A stretch of DNA of 63,334 nucleotides, filler included, from Reticulomyxa filosa (lineage: Eukaryota > Protista > Foraminifera), in the NCBI GenBank assembly GCA_000512085.1. It is 25 parts of 25 records of this genome, joined end to end, with 100 filler letters (N's around TTAATTAATTAA, not from the genome) between each part and the next. Parts side by side here need not be neighbours in the genome. Positions count along the whole stretch, not along the records: positions 26,195 to 28,438 come from ASPP01004584.1; positions 28,539 to 30,296 come from ASPP01039037.1; positions 30,397 to 32,355 come from ASPP01004029.1; positions 32,456 to 34,064 come from ASPP01039179.1; positions 34,165 to 36,812 come from ASPP01006046.1; positions 36,913 to 39,372 come from ASPP01026047.1; positions 39,473 to 43,672 come from ASPP01007286.1; 18 more parts are not named here. One strand, 5' to 3'. The notes under the pieces are model-generated. The model made no database searches. It was given only the letters and a program-made list of their open reading frames with translations, and had not been told where the DNA came from. Numbering within the stretch: the stretch's first letter is position 1; the number at the start of each line of letters is the position of its first letter. Made by a program: the position numbers and the translations under genes. Of this stretch, positions 26,280 through 39,529 are shown piece after piece.

Positions 26280-27283
26280 CGCAATCGTCATCCTCGAATT
26301 CGTCATCGGCATCGGCATTATCATCATCAGTACCATCAGGATCATCAGCATCATCGGCACCTTCAGCATCGTCCTCTTCCTCGGCGGACGAAGAAGGGAC
26401 GGTAAATGAGCTGAACAGCCCGACAGCGGGCCCCAACGAGGGAACGCAAGAAAAAACCAAAGCAGAAAAGGCAGTCGCACCGAGCCACTCCAAAGCTGGC
26501 AAAAACTCGAAAAAAACGCGTCGTGCCAGCAGACACAACAAAGACAGAAATAGCGACAGTGACAGCTATAGCAATGATGGTGACGACGACAGCGACGATG
26601 AAAAGCAAGCACAGCACAAAAAAAGAAAGGACGATGACAAACACGTAAATGGCAACGGTGAGACCAATAAAAAAAAAAAGACAAGCAAACATTGGAAAAA
26701 AGAAGGATGATTTGATAACGCAAAAGTCGTTTCCAATGACCAAAGCAGAAACACAACAACAACAAATGCAAATGCAAATGCAAGTACAAGTGCAACAACA
26801 AGTGGAACAACAAGTGCAACAACAAGTGCAAGCAGAAATACAGGCACAGATACAAGAGTTAGAAGAACGACGAGATAGCAAATATTTTCGACGAAAGTCT
26901 TTGTCGCATTCCATTTTACTCGAGCAAAGACGGCAATCTCTGTTGGTATCGACGCCAACAGAGACTAAAGACAAAGACAAAGATAAAGATAAAGATAACG
27001 ACAAAGATAAAGATAAAAACAAAGAAGGCACAGACATACCTCCTGGAACGCAGCCGAATGAAGCCAAGAGAATCAGTAAAGTGACAGAAATCACAGAGAG
27101 ATTCGAAAAGATGCAGCTTGTGAATCGACAGACGTCACATTCGCCGTCCAAGCGCGCTGGCAAGGACGATCCTCCTCTCATTAGTCCAAATGATAGTCAT
27201 TCCAATACCACCGATTTCACACGTATTTTGTTTGTTTGGTTGTGCAATCGAACAAAAATAAACGTAAAAACATGTAACTATGC

Positions 27284-27315
<32 letters not shown>

Positions 27316-27535
27316 TATGTGATACAGCGACACCTGCACAGCAGCAGCAGCAGCAGCAGTCGAAACTGCCTTCGCTTCGACCAAAGAAAAGTGACAACAC
27401 CGCTCCCTCTTCGCCCAATGCAGCCAGTGATCGTCCGCTTTTGCCCATGCTAGATCCCTACAATAACTCCAACACGCTGTCTCAACAGTCCAGAAGCAGA
27501 CGTGCTACACGCAAACACAATGGTATGTCGCATTG

Positions 27536-27566
<31 letters not shown>

Positions 27567-28340
27567 ATCACATGCATTGCATTGCTTGATTTATTTGTTT
27601 TTGTGTAACTTTAATTCACTTCTTTTTTTTTTAAAAAAACAAATGGTAACTAATGAAAAAGGACAAACCGAGTCGGGTGACACCATTCGAACGAGCGGCA
27701 CAAACAGTGAGTCGGATGGGTCGGCTGCCTCCAGCTTGGACACACTAGACTCAACGGCACAAAAGCACATCCCGGACCACGCCATCACCAACTCCATTCG
27801 AATTGAACTGCAATATCTGGCGGAGACCAAAAGCGGCGCTGGACAAGAGGCCTGTCATGGATCGCACTCAAAGCAGTTCCACCACGAGCAATGGCGACGA
27901 AGAAGAAGAAGAAGAAGAAGAAGAGGATCTTGAGGAGGAAGATGAAGATGATGAAGAAGAAGAAGAAGAAGAAGAAGAAAAGGACGAAGAAGATGAAGAG
28001 GATAAAGAGAATGTTGAGGAGGAAGAAGATGAGGAGGGTGAAGAAGAAGAAGAAGAAGAAGAAGAAGACGAAGAAGCTGAAGAAGAAGAAGAAGAAAATG
28101 GAAAAGCAATGAAAAACAACAAAAAAAAGCAAGTATCACTCATTCAGGCAAAGGAAAGGCGCATCACCGAAAAGCACAAACCACGCACGTCCATGATTAC
28201 AACAACAGTGATAGCCAAGGTGAAGACAAGGGCACTACGAAGAAACCAAAGGATGGTGATGACAGCGGCAGCGATGCACGATGGGGACGCGATGGCTCCG
28301 TTCTGACCATTGACCCAGAATTGGAGTCCATTTATCACAT
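26280..28340 (+). CDS. Low-complexity (acidic, Gln-rich, DK-repeat) hypothetical protein, multi-exon
   Basis: Long GC-richer coding-like blocks with poly-E/D/Q tracts separated by (TA)n and (CA)n-containing intron-like segments; exact model unresolved. Confidence 0.5.
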
Positions 28341-28619
28341 GAAATGTTGGTTTATAATAAAAAGTTGGAGCATTTTGTTTCGTGATACTTTTTCTGTGTG
28401 CGTACATACTTATATATATATATGTATACATATATATGNNNNNNNNNNNNNNNNNNNNNNNNNNNNNNNNNNNNNNNNNNNNTTAATTAATTAANNNNNN
28501 NNNNNNNNNNNNNNNNNNNNNNNNNNNNNNNNNNNNNNAAAAAAAAAAAAATTTAAAAAAAAAAAAGGGGGTCAATCATAAAGAAAAAAAAAAAAAAAAA
28601 AAAATTTGAAAATAAACTG

Positions 28620-28935
28620 TTTGACCAAATGACAAGCAGTACCCAAACCGACAATGTAAGGTACGTTTTCAGTGCCAGCCCGAACTCCACTTTCTTGCCC
28701 AGCGCCATGCATGAACGGTTGCAACTGGACCCCTTTTTTAATGAACAGAGCACCAACCCCCTTTGGTGCGTATAACTTGTGTCCCCCAATGGTTAAAAAG
28801 TCGACCCCCAATTCGTGCGGATGCACGCGCACTTTGCCAATCGATTGTGTGGTGTCCGTCACAAACACAATCTTCTTATCATACCGTTTCGTCACTTCCA
28901 CCAGTTCGCAAATCGGATTTATCGTACCCAACCGC
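28620..28935 (-). CDS. Cysteine desulfurase / selenocysteine lyase (NifS/IscS-like, class V aminotransferase) fragment
   Basis: GTINPI..TDTTQSIGK..VDFLTIGGHKLYAPKGVGAL..HGAGQESGVRAGTENVPYIVGLG; the PLP-binding HK motif is present. Confidence 0.85.
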
Positions 28936-29086
28936 GGACACCACAACGACGGACATCTGCTGGTGGTTCCATGATTCAAGTTTTTATCAATATAAATGAC
29001 ATTGATCACCATATATACATATACGTATATGTGTATATGTATATATTCGTAAAAAGCATAAAAGAAATAAAAAGAAGAAAAACGTA

Positions 29087-30296
29087 CCCATTGTCAATGG
29101 ACATGTAATCTTTCTTTACTTCGATGATAGTATTGGAATACCCTCCCAGTGGTTTGAGCTGTTTATTGTCTTGAGCATGTGTAAGGGGTTGTAAAGTGTC
29201 TTTGCGGACATTATCGGAGGAGAGATTGGGTTGAGGAGTGCCATAATCCTCTTCGTTTCTGGACCGATCGCCAGAGGGTTTATTATCCGAGACCACTTGC
29301 GAGGCGACGTGAGGTCGAGTGCGATCGGTCGCTGTTATCGTTGTTGTCGGCGTGCTTGTCTTCATAGTTGGTTGAGATTGTTGTTTGGTCACATGGAGTA
29401 ACGGGGACAATTTTCGCAGCGAAAACTTTTTCCATAATCCTTCGTTTTCATTTTCGTGGAACAATGCAAACTCATTATCGGTGAACTCGTCTTGATTGGC
29501 CAATGTGTTGGCCTTGTTACGTTCCTTCTTTCCATCGGGCGAAGATGCACGACGAATTAGATGTGCAGTCTTGCCTTCGCTATTGTTGCTATTATTTTTC
29601 GTCTGAACTCGTTGCGGTACGTCCAGCGTGGTCTTTTTGTTTTTGGAAGACAAGTCGCTCACACCGATAGTTTGAGCCCGTTCGAGGTGATTATCGTCTT
29701 GTGATGGCGAGCTGTCTGCACAGCCAATATTTATTGCTGTACTCAATTGACTTGCAAGGCCCATCTCGTCGTTGTCGTTGTCGTTTATCTTATTCATTAC
29801 TTGCAAGGCAGCACTCCCCATTACTAATACATCTGTCGTTGGAGATATATCGGAGTCGCTATTTCTTCTTTGCTTCTTTTCTGCTGCTGTGTTCTCGTCA
29901 TCATCTTTTTTCACTTTTTCCATCACCTGCTTCTGCTCCTTCATCTCCAACTCTTGCTCAATCAACTTGTTCGGCTCTTGCTGCGTCGACTCCTCCAGTA
30001 TCATGCTCTGTGCCAACAGCTGCGTGGTGATTTCCGTAAGCGGGGCCGTCAACGTTTGCATGCTTACTGTCCTCTCCGGCTGGTTGCGCAAGTATGCAAA
30101 CTGAATCTGCGGAGACTCAAACACTTGACGCGCTATGTCGCTGTTCTGGTACGACAGCATAAATGTCACTATCTGCGTACCTACAAAGCACTCCTCTTGC
30201 GGCACATCGTATAGTGTCAACACGTGAAACCCAAGCGACTCTTTCGTCGTCGTTTCAATCAGGACTAACACATTTTGACGACTGACACACTTTTTT
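29087..30296 (-). CDS. Hypothetical protein exon (mostly disordered)
   Basis: About 400 open codons ending at a GTACGT donor. Confidence 0.6.
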
Positions 30297-30530
30297 NNNN
30301 NNNNNNNNNNNNNNNNNNNNNNNNNNNNNNNNNNNNNNNNTTAATTAATTAANNNNNNNNNNNNNNNNNNNNNNNNNNNNNNNNNNNNNNNNNNNNAAAA
30401 AAAAAAAAAAAAGAGATCAATAAAAAAATAAGAAAAAAAATGAGAAAAAGAAAAATGAAATTATAAAAAAGAAAAAAGTATGAAAAAAAGAAAAAAAGAA
30501 TATGTATAAAGAAAAAAAAAGTCAGTGCAA

Positions 30531-32355
30531 TGATCTCTTCTGTCACTGTGAATGTTTTGATATTAACTTGATTGTGGAAAAATATGTCGGAGTCTTGGAT
30601 ACAATGAAAAATAGCAAGCGCAATCCCAATGACAGCGAAGTGCAAGTGTTATTGAGTACTTATTACGTGATCTATTTCTACACACGGACAATGACAATAT
30701 ATCGCGCTGCTAAAGAATTATTTGGTATGAAGCTATGATCAAATAATGGAATGTGACTCACGTTGAAGATTAATCAAAGGCTTGGCATTAAACATAGAGC
30801 ATGAGCATAGACAAAGCAGCGTTGGGTCACATTCGCTTATGCTATCAGCTATTTTGGCAATACAAACAATGCGTCCCAAAAAAAAAAGTCTTTGGGTATG
30901 TGGTCCGAGTATGGGTCAAGTGTGGAAATGGAATCGGAATCCAAGTCCGAAGACAGTTGTCAACGCGATGGTTATCAGAGCGAACGAAGTTTAGATCAAG
31001 ATTAGCATTGTCGAGCAGTTCGAACAGCAGATATTTCATAATCGATCCAACAATGGTGGTGAGTATTATGACTTTCAATTAGACCGACCAAAAGGAAAAG
31101 AATCACTGCGTATTATGTTGAAACAAAAATCAAGTGAAGTTAGTAAGATACTCATTCTTTTATATCAAAGACCATCTATAGTCCGTCTGTATTTTTTTGC
31201 TTGAAATTAGATTAATTGGAGTGATATTGTCATATATTGACCAAATATAAAATTGGATATGCAGTCAGACAGCCCATATTGTGTGGATTTTGCTCTTTTT
31301 TGGCAAATGCTTGGATTCAGAATGTGTGGTATTGCTTTGAAGAGACGGACCACTTTCCCGTGAATACGAGTGCATGCAGATATTGACAACAAACAAGCAA
31401 AGGCAAAGCTCGAATAATGATAGCTTGTCCAAGAATGGAGTCAATTACAAGAATACAGTGTCAACAATTGTCTGAACTTGCTGTCAAATACAAAATGACA
31501 GATTATGAAAGAATTGCGTCACTGGTAATGTTGCCTTTATCATATTATATGGATTTCGTGTGCTCGTTTCAAAAAAAACAAAAAATGGTTGTCGAGACAT
31601 GATATTATCGAATTGGACAAGTAGAAAAAGCGTATGTGCTTGAATTTGCTGTTAATTGTCTTGGAAGAAACAGTAAATCCAACAAAAAAAAAAAACAAAC
31701 AATCAAACATACTGTCAAATTGCCAATCGCTGAAAAATTCGCATCAATGACGTGAGTTATGTGTATAGACTTGCTGATGATTCCAATAATGCGTCTACTA
31801 ACATATCACAAATGGATCAATTTTTACATGACTATCCTCCATCCTTTTCAATATCATTGCAAACAATGAAGCCATTAGTCATCAGCTATTCATAATTGTC
31901 TTGATGCTGCAATCGTTTGCTAATACAAATACCCGCTCCTTCTGATTAAGCCTCAGATACCTCTCCTTCTGCTCCTTCGTTGTCAAGCTACGCCATTTCC
32001 AGTGACGTCCCTGTATTTGAGATCACTCAAATGCTGGAAGAGTCCATCCATTGGATCGAATTGAAACAGCTTATTAATCCAAACATTAAAGCTTCTGCAA
32101 AGATTGAAATAGAAATGGAGCTTCAATCCTTGCTGAAGAAATATTGTATGGCATTGGCAAAACAACAAAAGATATGGACATGCATACATTCGACAATTGT
32201 ATAAGCTTTATGCGATTTGATATGTTCAAGGAATCTATGGATCATCACAAGAAGTATTACATGCCCGTATCTTCAGTGGGAGTATATGCAAGTGAAATAA
32301 GCAACGTCCAACTATTTATATTAACTGTAAATAGTGGACAATGCTTTATATCAAT
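30531..32355 (+). repeat. Dispersed ~2-kb repeat / decayed gene-family member, copy 2
   Basis: Collinear with 8783-10875 but lacking ~200 bp near the 5' end; different stops and frameshifts. Confidence 0.9.
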
Positions 32356-32455
32356 NNNNNNNNNNNNNNNNNNNNNNNNNNNNNNNNNNNNNNNNNNNNT
32401 TAATTAATTAANNNNNNNNNNNNNNNNNNNNNNNNNNNNNNNNNNNNNNNNNNNN

Positions 32456-33680
32456 CCCCAAGAAAATGCAAAACATTTCTCGGTCGTCAAAGCTGACCGA
32501 CCCCACAAACACAACCTTTGCCAATGTTGCTTGATGTCGAGAATGACTCTATCACCAGCTTTCACAATCAGGACTTTTTGTATCGCAGGTGGCATCTGAC
32601 AATCTAAAATCCAAAGAGTTCAATCCAAAATATTCTTATAAAATAATGTGCCTCCTCCCCTCACAAAAAAAAAAATAATACCTCAACTGATAATTCGAGA
32701 GAGATTCCATTTTCAGGTCTTCAGGGGTTGTTTTGGTCTGTTTCTCCTTCAGCACTTCTGCGCACGTTTTCACCATTGAATCCATATCGCCGACGCATGC
32801 AAAGTAGCCGCATCCCCAGTTTGTATTCAAAGTATTTTTTTTTTCATTCAATCATCAAATAAGAATGTCTTGTCATTCTCCAGTTGTTTGATAATTGTTT
32901 TCCTTGTGACAAACAAGCCATGAGCCCTCTTTGGTGGTAGAGTAGTTTTTGTCATTGCGACCTTTCATATTGAATTCGTCTAATCGTCTTTATTTGATCA
33001 CACCTGCAAAAAAAAGTCAACAGATTGTTGTTTTGTTTTTTTTTTTAAGCTGTTAAAAATCGATATGCAAATTCAACAAATTAAAAAAGGATTATAATAT
33101 AACATAGGTATGTGTTTGTGTACATTATGTATACATACGTATACATAATATTACACATACGTATACATAATATTATACATACGTATACATAATATTATAC
33201 ATACGTATACATAATATGTAAGTATATTTTAAAAAACACCTTTTCTATTATAGTCAATTCAACTCAATTATTGGCGACATAGTCCACGAATACTTGAGTA
33301 GTGTGCATAATTATAGTGATTTATTATACGATTTTGCATTGTCAGATCATCGACTGCTGGTTCACATTATTGCTGTCTACAGGTGTGCTGTTGTCAAAGT
33401 TGGCGAGTCGACGATTGTGAGTAGTGAAATAGCCTTTCGCGGTTTGGCCCAATGTACCTTTGTTTACAAATTTGTTTGAAAAGATATGCGAAGAGACCGA
33501 TTCATGGTATCTCTTTGTCACAATACTGTCTTTATTGTGCTCGTTCAGATGCGCAAAATTTTTAGAATCTGTTGTCGTTGTTAGTTTCAATGAAGTATTC
33601 TGCTGTCTTGACGCACACCCAATCGTCGCTGTAGAGTTTCCGCTACTTGTCGAAATTGTGGTATCATGTCTTTCTTGACT
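32456..33680 (-). pseudogene. Fragmented gene, possibly with a PH-like domain
   Basis: Coding-like pieces in shifting frames (TTKEGSWL / GKQLSNNWRMTRHSYL / KKYFEYK / KVLIVKAGDRVI); several stops. Confidence 0.3.
33131..33218. repeat. 22-bp minisatellite, 4 copies
   Basis: Unit ATACATACGTATACATAATATT, two single mismatches across copies; probably intronic. Confidence 0.9.
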
Positions 33681-36474
33681 TTAAAGACCAATTGTAAACT
33701 TTGCTCACGTTCATTAAGTTGATTTCTCTCCTTTTTTTTAAAATGTATTTTTTGATAAGAGATCAAAACTTAAAAAAATAGCAAGCATTATATTTGCTAA
33801 TCCGATTCCCACCCTTGGAATGTTCAGAAATTTTGGTTTTGTTGCAATTGTAGCAAGTCGAAGATTTACATGTTTTGATAATGTATCATCGGGTTGATTG
33901 TGTGTACACCTACCTGGGATTTTTCATCTATTTTTTGTTTTTAGTATCAAAAATTTTTTCCACTTATGATAATTCCAAAAAAGAAACACACAAATTAAAT
34001 CATTGATAACTTTGTTATTCTTTGTTTTTTTTTGTATAGTCAAAGTATTGAAGTATTAAATTCGNNNNNNNNNNNNNNNNNNNNNNNNNNNNNNNNNNNN
34101 NNNNNNNNTTAATTAATTAANNNNNNNNNNNNNNNNNNNNNNNNNNNNNNNNNNNNNNNNNNNNTTTTAAAATAAAAAATATTTTTTTAAAAAATTTCAA
34201 AATTTTGTTAAAACGATATGCCGGCATTTTGATTTGCAATTGTCACCTGACTAAGTAGAAATTTTATCAGATTTAAATTCAATTTCTTCTATTCTGTATT
34301 AAATTCAATATCTTTGATATCGTTCAAACTTTCATTCCACAATGTATTTTATTTATCATTGTCATCTTCATGAAATTTTTCATCATTTTCAGTAAATTCT
34401 TCATGAAATTCTTCAGAATAATTTGATATATGTTTGTCATTTTGTGTTAATGGCGTTAACACAGGATCTATGAGAATTTTCAAAAAATCAATTAATATGG
34501 CTCTTGAATCTTTTAAAGTATTATATTCATAATATGTCGATTTCATATAATTATTTGTTTTTTTTAAATTAAATATATTAAAATCACAAACAAACAAATT
34601 ACAAAACTTAAATTCTTGGATACATTGCACATTTTGGTATGTCAATTTGCTTTTCGAATTTTTTGACACATACCAGGCAATAGCTATGAACACAATGGAA
34701 TTATTGTGGATTTTTGCGGATATTGTTGCAATAATTACACTTTAGATTATTTTGCAATTTTTTCAAATTGTATTTATTTCATCTTTGACAGCTGAAATTG
34801 CAACAACACGTTGAGTAAATATACTATCAATTTTTTTTTGATATATGGTCTGTGATAGTTCATTATCGCAGTCATAGTCATGATCATGCTCATGACTACG
34901 GGCGGGATAATCTTCATTACAGTACATGGGCCGAGATTGCGAATGATAAGGGGCTGATACTTTTTCTTTTCATTCTCCTTCGGGCTGACAACTCTTATGC
35001 TTTGGACAAGACTTTATTTCATTTTCTCTTTAAGTACTTAGGATAAAGCAATTTCATAACAATGCGTTTGCGGAAAGCATTGCCTTCGTTGAGTGATGAA
35101 CTGAACTCATTCAAAGTGGACATGGTCGAATTATATCCATTAAGGGGGAGAGTTTCAACTTAGCAAGTCAAACTTCAACTTTTCAATTCTTGCCAAATTT
35201 AACGGAGGAACACCACTGTTCTTATAAATAACTTTTTTTAAACTTATATGATCAAACATCGTTGCAAATAATTGTTTTTACGATCATGCACACCTGGAGA
35301 AAAAACATATGATTTTAAAGCAGATAGTTTATTCATATGCAGCTACTTTTACTTATCATTTTTATGCAATTCACTTTTTATTTTAGTAAAAAATTTTTTT
35401 TGTCACTATCCAATGAATTATTTATTGCAATTGTTTGTTTCAATAAAATAAGTGCAGATAAAGAAAGGCAATTTATTGATTTGTGAAGTGGTATTTCTGT
35501 TAGTAGAAAAATTTAATGGAACATTGAAAAGATTTGTCTTACTGTTCCCTTTTTTTTCGCAATTAATCATTAAGATCAAATAGTTTGGGATCCGACTTGA
35601 TTGTCCATTTATCTTGGGCATCAAGTTGACACATGGAGACATAGAGTAGGACTGCAGTCAAGTCGATTGCCATTTATGACAACATACCTTTCCCAAAAGT
35701 TTTTCAAACGTGCTTATTTTGAGAAACAACAATTGCCCCTTCATTATTAACATTTGCAAAATGAAAGATTGAATGTCACCAGGTTTCAAGTTTGGCTTGG
35801 TAATTGTCGTTCGTAGACTTCTATTCGAACTAAATATCCTTTTCCAATCAATCTCTTTATGTTTGCACATGTCGTGCTAAATCATCTGATAAGTAGGATA
35901 GTTCATTTGCACAATTTTGAACCGCTATTTCAATTTTTCAACTGGCTGAAGCTGAGAAACGTTGTCCATTTTTTTTTTAAAGTTAAGACAGTTTCGAAAG
36001 TTCCCACTTTTTCTAAGGCTTCATCCATAACATTTAAGCTACTACAAGTCTTTTCAATATGTGGCTGAGCTTTTGTTTGTTGCTTCGGGCAATACAAAAA
36101 GTCATGCAGTGAAATTTTTATGTTTTTCAGGACGAATATAGATGTTTAAAAGAAACAGCTATTTCCTTCTAACAATTTACTTTAGAAAATCGGATATATA
36201 GAAAGTTCTATTTTGGAAATAAATGTCATGTGAGTAATGATTGACAAACTCGAAAGAAAATATCATGTGTCCATGTTTTCGTGGAGTGCATGATGTAATC
36301 AAACTAAGCAATATCGTTAGACAAATTAGTGAAAATTTGAAATTTTTTGTGTTTTTTATATAAACAAAAACTTGAGTTTAGATTATAATCGTATTACTTT
36401 TTTATTGTATGCTTGAAAGGGTCCTTTTAAAAAAAGTTAAAAACTACTTAAAAAATTTCAGCAACATTAGCAAC

Positions 36475-36812
36475 ATGGCTAATCTAAATATAGCACAAAA
36501 ATCTCCTGAAAGACAAACTGAACAAATTCAGTCTCTTATTACCCCCTTTCAAACTCTGAAGGCCTTGCCTAATCCGTTTTCTCGCTCTCAATGTGTGTCG
36601 CACAAACACGAACTCCTCATTTGTGGAGGCTATCAACAAAGAGCTTGTTATTCTTATAATACAATCAAAAATGAATACAAGTTTATCTGTGAGTATCCAA
36701 TTCATATTAAATTAAATGGACATTGTGTAGTGAAACTGGTAGATAATAATAGTAAAGACAGAGACGAAATCACTTTGCTGTCTTTTGGTGGAAAATATAA
36801 GCATACATTGAT
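36475..36812 (+). CDS. Kelch-like family protein, 5' part
   Basis: TPFQTLKALP..SQCVSHKHELLICGG..GHCVVKLVD..TLLSFGG. Confidence 0.85.
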
Positions 36813-36912
36813 NNNNNNNNNNNNNNNNNNNNNNNNNNNNNNNNNNNNNNNNNNNNTTAATTAATTAANNNNNNNNNNNNNNNNNNNNNNNNNNNNNNNN
36901 NNNNNNNNNNNN

Positions 36913-38298
36913 ATTTTTATTAATTTTTTACTTTCATCGATTATCACATAAGCTTTGAACTATGTTATATTATGTTTCATAAATCAAATTAAAAATATGA
37001 TTTGAAAAAAATACATAATTGATTAACTTCCTCTTCTTTGTTGTTTTGATTGGTCTATTTATCAAATAACACAAATACAAAATGATCTTTCATTTTCCAG
37101 TTATAAAGTAATGCTCAACATTGTTATCTTTTTTCATTGTTTCCATTTCTTTTTTTTTCTTTTTTTTCTTTTTTTTTTCTTTTTCTTCTTCTACTTTCAA
37201 TTCAATTACTTTTTTCATTTCTTCTTCACTCAACCATTCACTTACTTCAGTTTTCATGTGTGTTGACATGCTTTCGAATTTGTCATTTGCCCCTCCAATA
37301 ATATGCACATTCGTGTTGTCTTCGCTCAATATTGCAACACAATCAAATAATGGAATGGGTAAAGTGCTTTGAAATGTCATCCATTTGTTTTCTCGAATTG
37401 AATACTTGTGCATTGATTTTGAAACAGCCCATTTACTATTATTCAATCCACCAAAGAACAAGATGACATCATTGATACACACATATGCATATGAAAATAA
37501 TGGTGCAATATCCTTACAAACAGATAGTTTCTGAAATTGAAAAGTGTTGTTATCTTCATCATATTCAATTGATAATCCTGTCTCGAAACAAAACAACAGC
37601 ATTTGATAATTTTGTTGATTTGTTTTCATCATTTCTGATTTTGATACAAAGCAATGATATTGTATCCAAAAATTAGTTGGTAAAATATCATGTTTAATAA
37701 ATTGAAATGTATTTAAATCAAACACACTAATATTATTATAATGATAAGTTATAAATAACAAATGATTGTTGATTCCACCAACCAATGCACGCGCTCCTTG
37801 ATAATTATCATCATCTCTTTCTCTTCCAATGATAATTGGATGATTGCGATTGTCTGTGAAAGGAACCCATTGATTGTAATTGTTTGATTTGTTGAATTGG
37901 TTGAATTGATTGAATTTTTTTGATTTATTCATTTCATTTTCATTTTCATCATCATTATTGTTGTCATCACTCCAAACACTTACATATTTCATCACCAATG
38001 TATGTCTTTTTGTATATGGAGATCCGCCAATAGATAACAAAGTGATTTGATTGTTGTCTTTGTCATTGTTACTGTTGCTATCCACCAGTTTCACTACACA
38101 GTGTCCTTTTAATTGAACATCACCTGGATACTCACAGATAAACTTGTATTCGTTCTTGAGTGTATGATAAGAATAACAAGCTCTTTGTTGATAACATCCA
38201 CAAATGAGGAGTTCGTGTTTGTGTAGCACACATTGAGATTGTTCAAGTGGAGTGGGCAAATCCTTCAAAGTTTGAAAGTGGGTAGTTTGATTGCCCAT
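36913..38298 (-). CDS. Kelch-like beta-propeller family protein (3' end probably continues into further exons)
   Basis: 402-aa ORF 37090-38298 with the full family pattern (HELLICG, GARALVGG, ILFFGG, KYSIRENKW, HIIGG). Confidence 0.9.
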
Positions 38299-39529
38299 GT
38301 TGTTAAGGTTTATGAAGTTTTTTAAGTTTAATTTTTTTTAAAAAAAGGGGCCGTGACATAACCCTTTTTGAGAAAATAAAAATATTTTACATTGGCATTT
38401 TTTATTTGGTTAAACAATGAAAATTAAAATATTAAAATACATGAAAGGTTGAATTATTGTATCGAGAACTTTCAGTGAAAAAGTAATACAATTTGTTAAA
38501 CATTGTTATCTATTAACCAAAACTGAGATTGTGACAGTCTTGAAATAATGAAAGTATCAGAAACACGGATGTTGTACCTTTCTTTTTGAATTAAAAAATA
38601 ACAAAAAATCAGTTATTAAAGATCTTGACTTGTGTAGTTTTAAATTGTATTTACATTTAGTCTTTGCCTGTACAAAAGCCTTGTGTTAAGACTTACAAAC
38701 AAGTTCTTTTTTAGTGAAATTTAAAAAAAGAGTCTGCACAAAAGGAAATGAAAAAAGAAAAAATTGGAGGAATCAATCTACAAAGGGTATTGCAACAATG
38801 AAATCTGTTTGGTATCAAAGATTAAATTATCAATGTGTGTGAATATTGGATTTGGTAATATTACATTCATTTCAAAAAATACATCTTTTAGTTGTCAATA
38901 ATTAATTTAATTTTTTGTATCTTATTACCAAAATATTATAATGAATTAAATCATTTCTCAAGTTTTGCAAATGAGACAAGTCATTTCATTTGTGTTTATT
39001 TGATAAAATATTATATATTTAATCACATTAATGTTGCAAAAATCCTCTTCACAATGGTCTCCACTACAAATTATCGCATCTCAAGAGTTGTGTTATCATT
39101 TAAAGAAATATTAATCCATCAAATGTCGTTTAAAATATATCATTTATAAAACTTATGTTTAAGCAGTTCTAATGTTTCAAAGTCGAATACTTAAATTTTT
39201 ACTCTTCATGATAATCAATTTAAAAACAGAAACAAAGTTTAAATTACACTTTTCCTTTTTTATTTTCAAGCATTCTCCAAAAACTACAAAACACTATTTT
39301 CAAAGTTTTTGTTGAAATCTTTTAAAAAAAAACGTATGATATACTTGTATACTAAGTTTTGTACAAATTTTTNNNNNNNNNNNNNNNNNNNNNNNNNNNN
39401 NNNNNNNNNNNNNNNNTTAATTAATTAANNNNNNNNNNNNNNNNNNNNNNNNNNNNNNNNNNNNNNNNNNNNTTGTCAGCACTTTGAAAGATTGGTTTCT
39501 CTCTCCCTTATTATTATTATTATTATAAC

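Noticed and set aside
27785-28143. Overlapping poly-F, poly-L, poly-S and poly-K ORFs in all frames (also at 631-979 and 26139-26958)
   Set aside because: Shadow frames of (GAA)n and other microsatellite coding tracts.
33121-33218. Repeat array with internal palindromes resembling a CRISPR
   Set aside because: Head-to-tail units with no spacers, no cas genes, and a eukaryotic intronic TA-rich context.
34349-36070. Short minus-strand ORF fragments suggestive of a decayed large gene
   Set aside because: No identifiable domain by eye; too fragmented to call.
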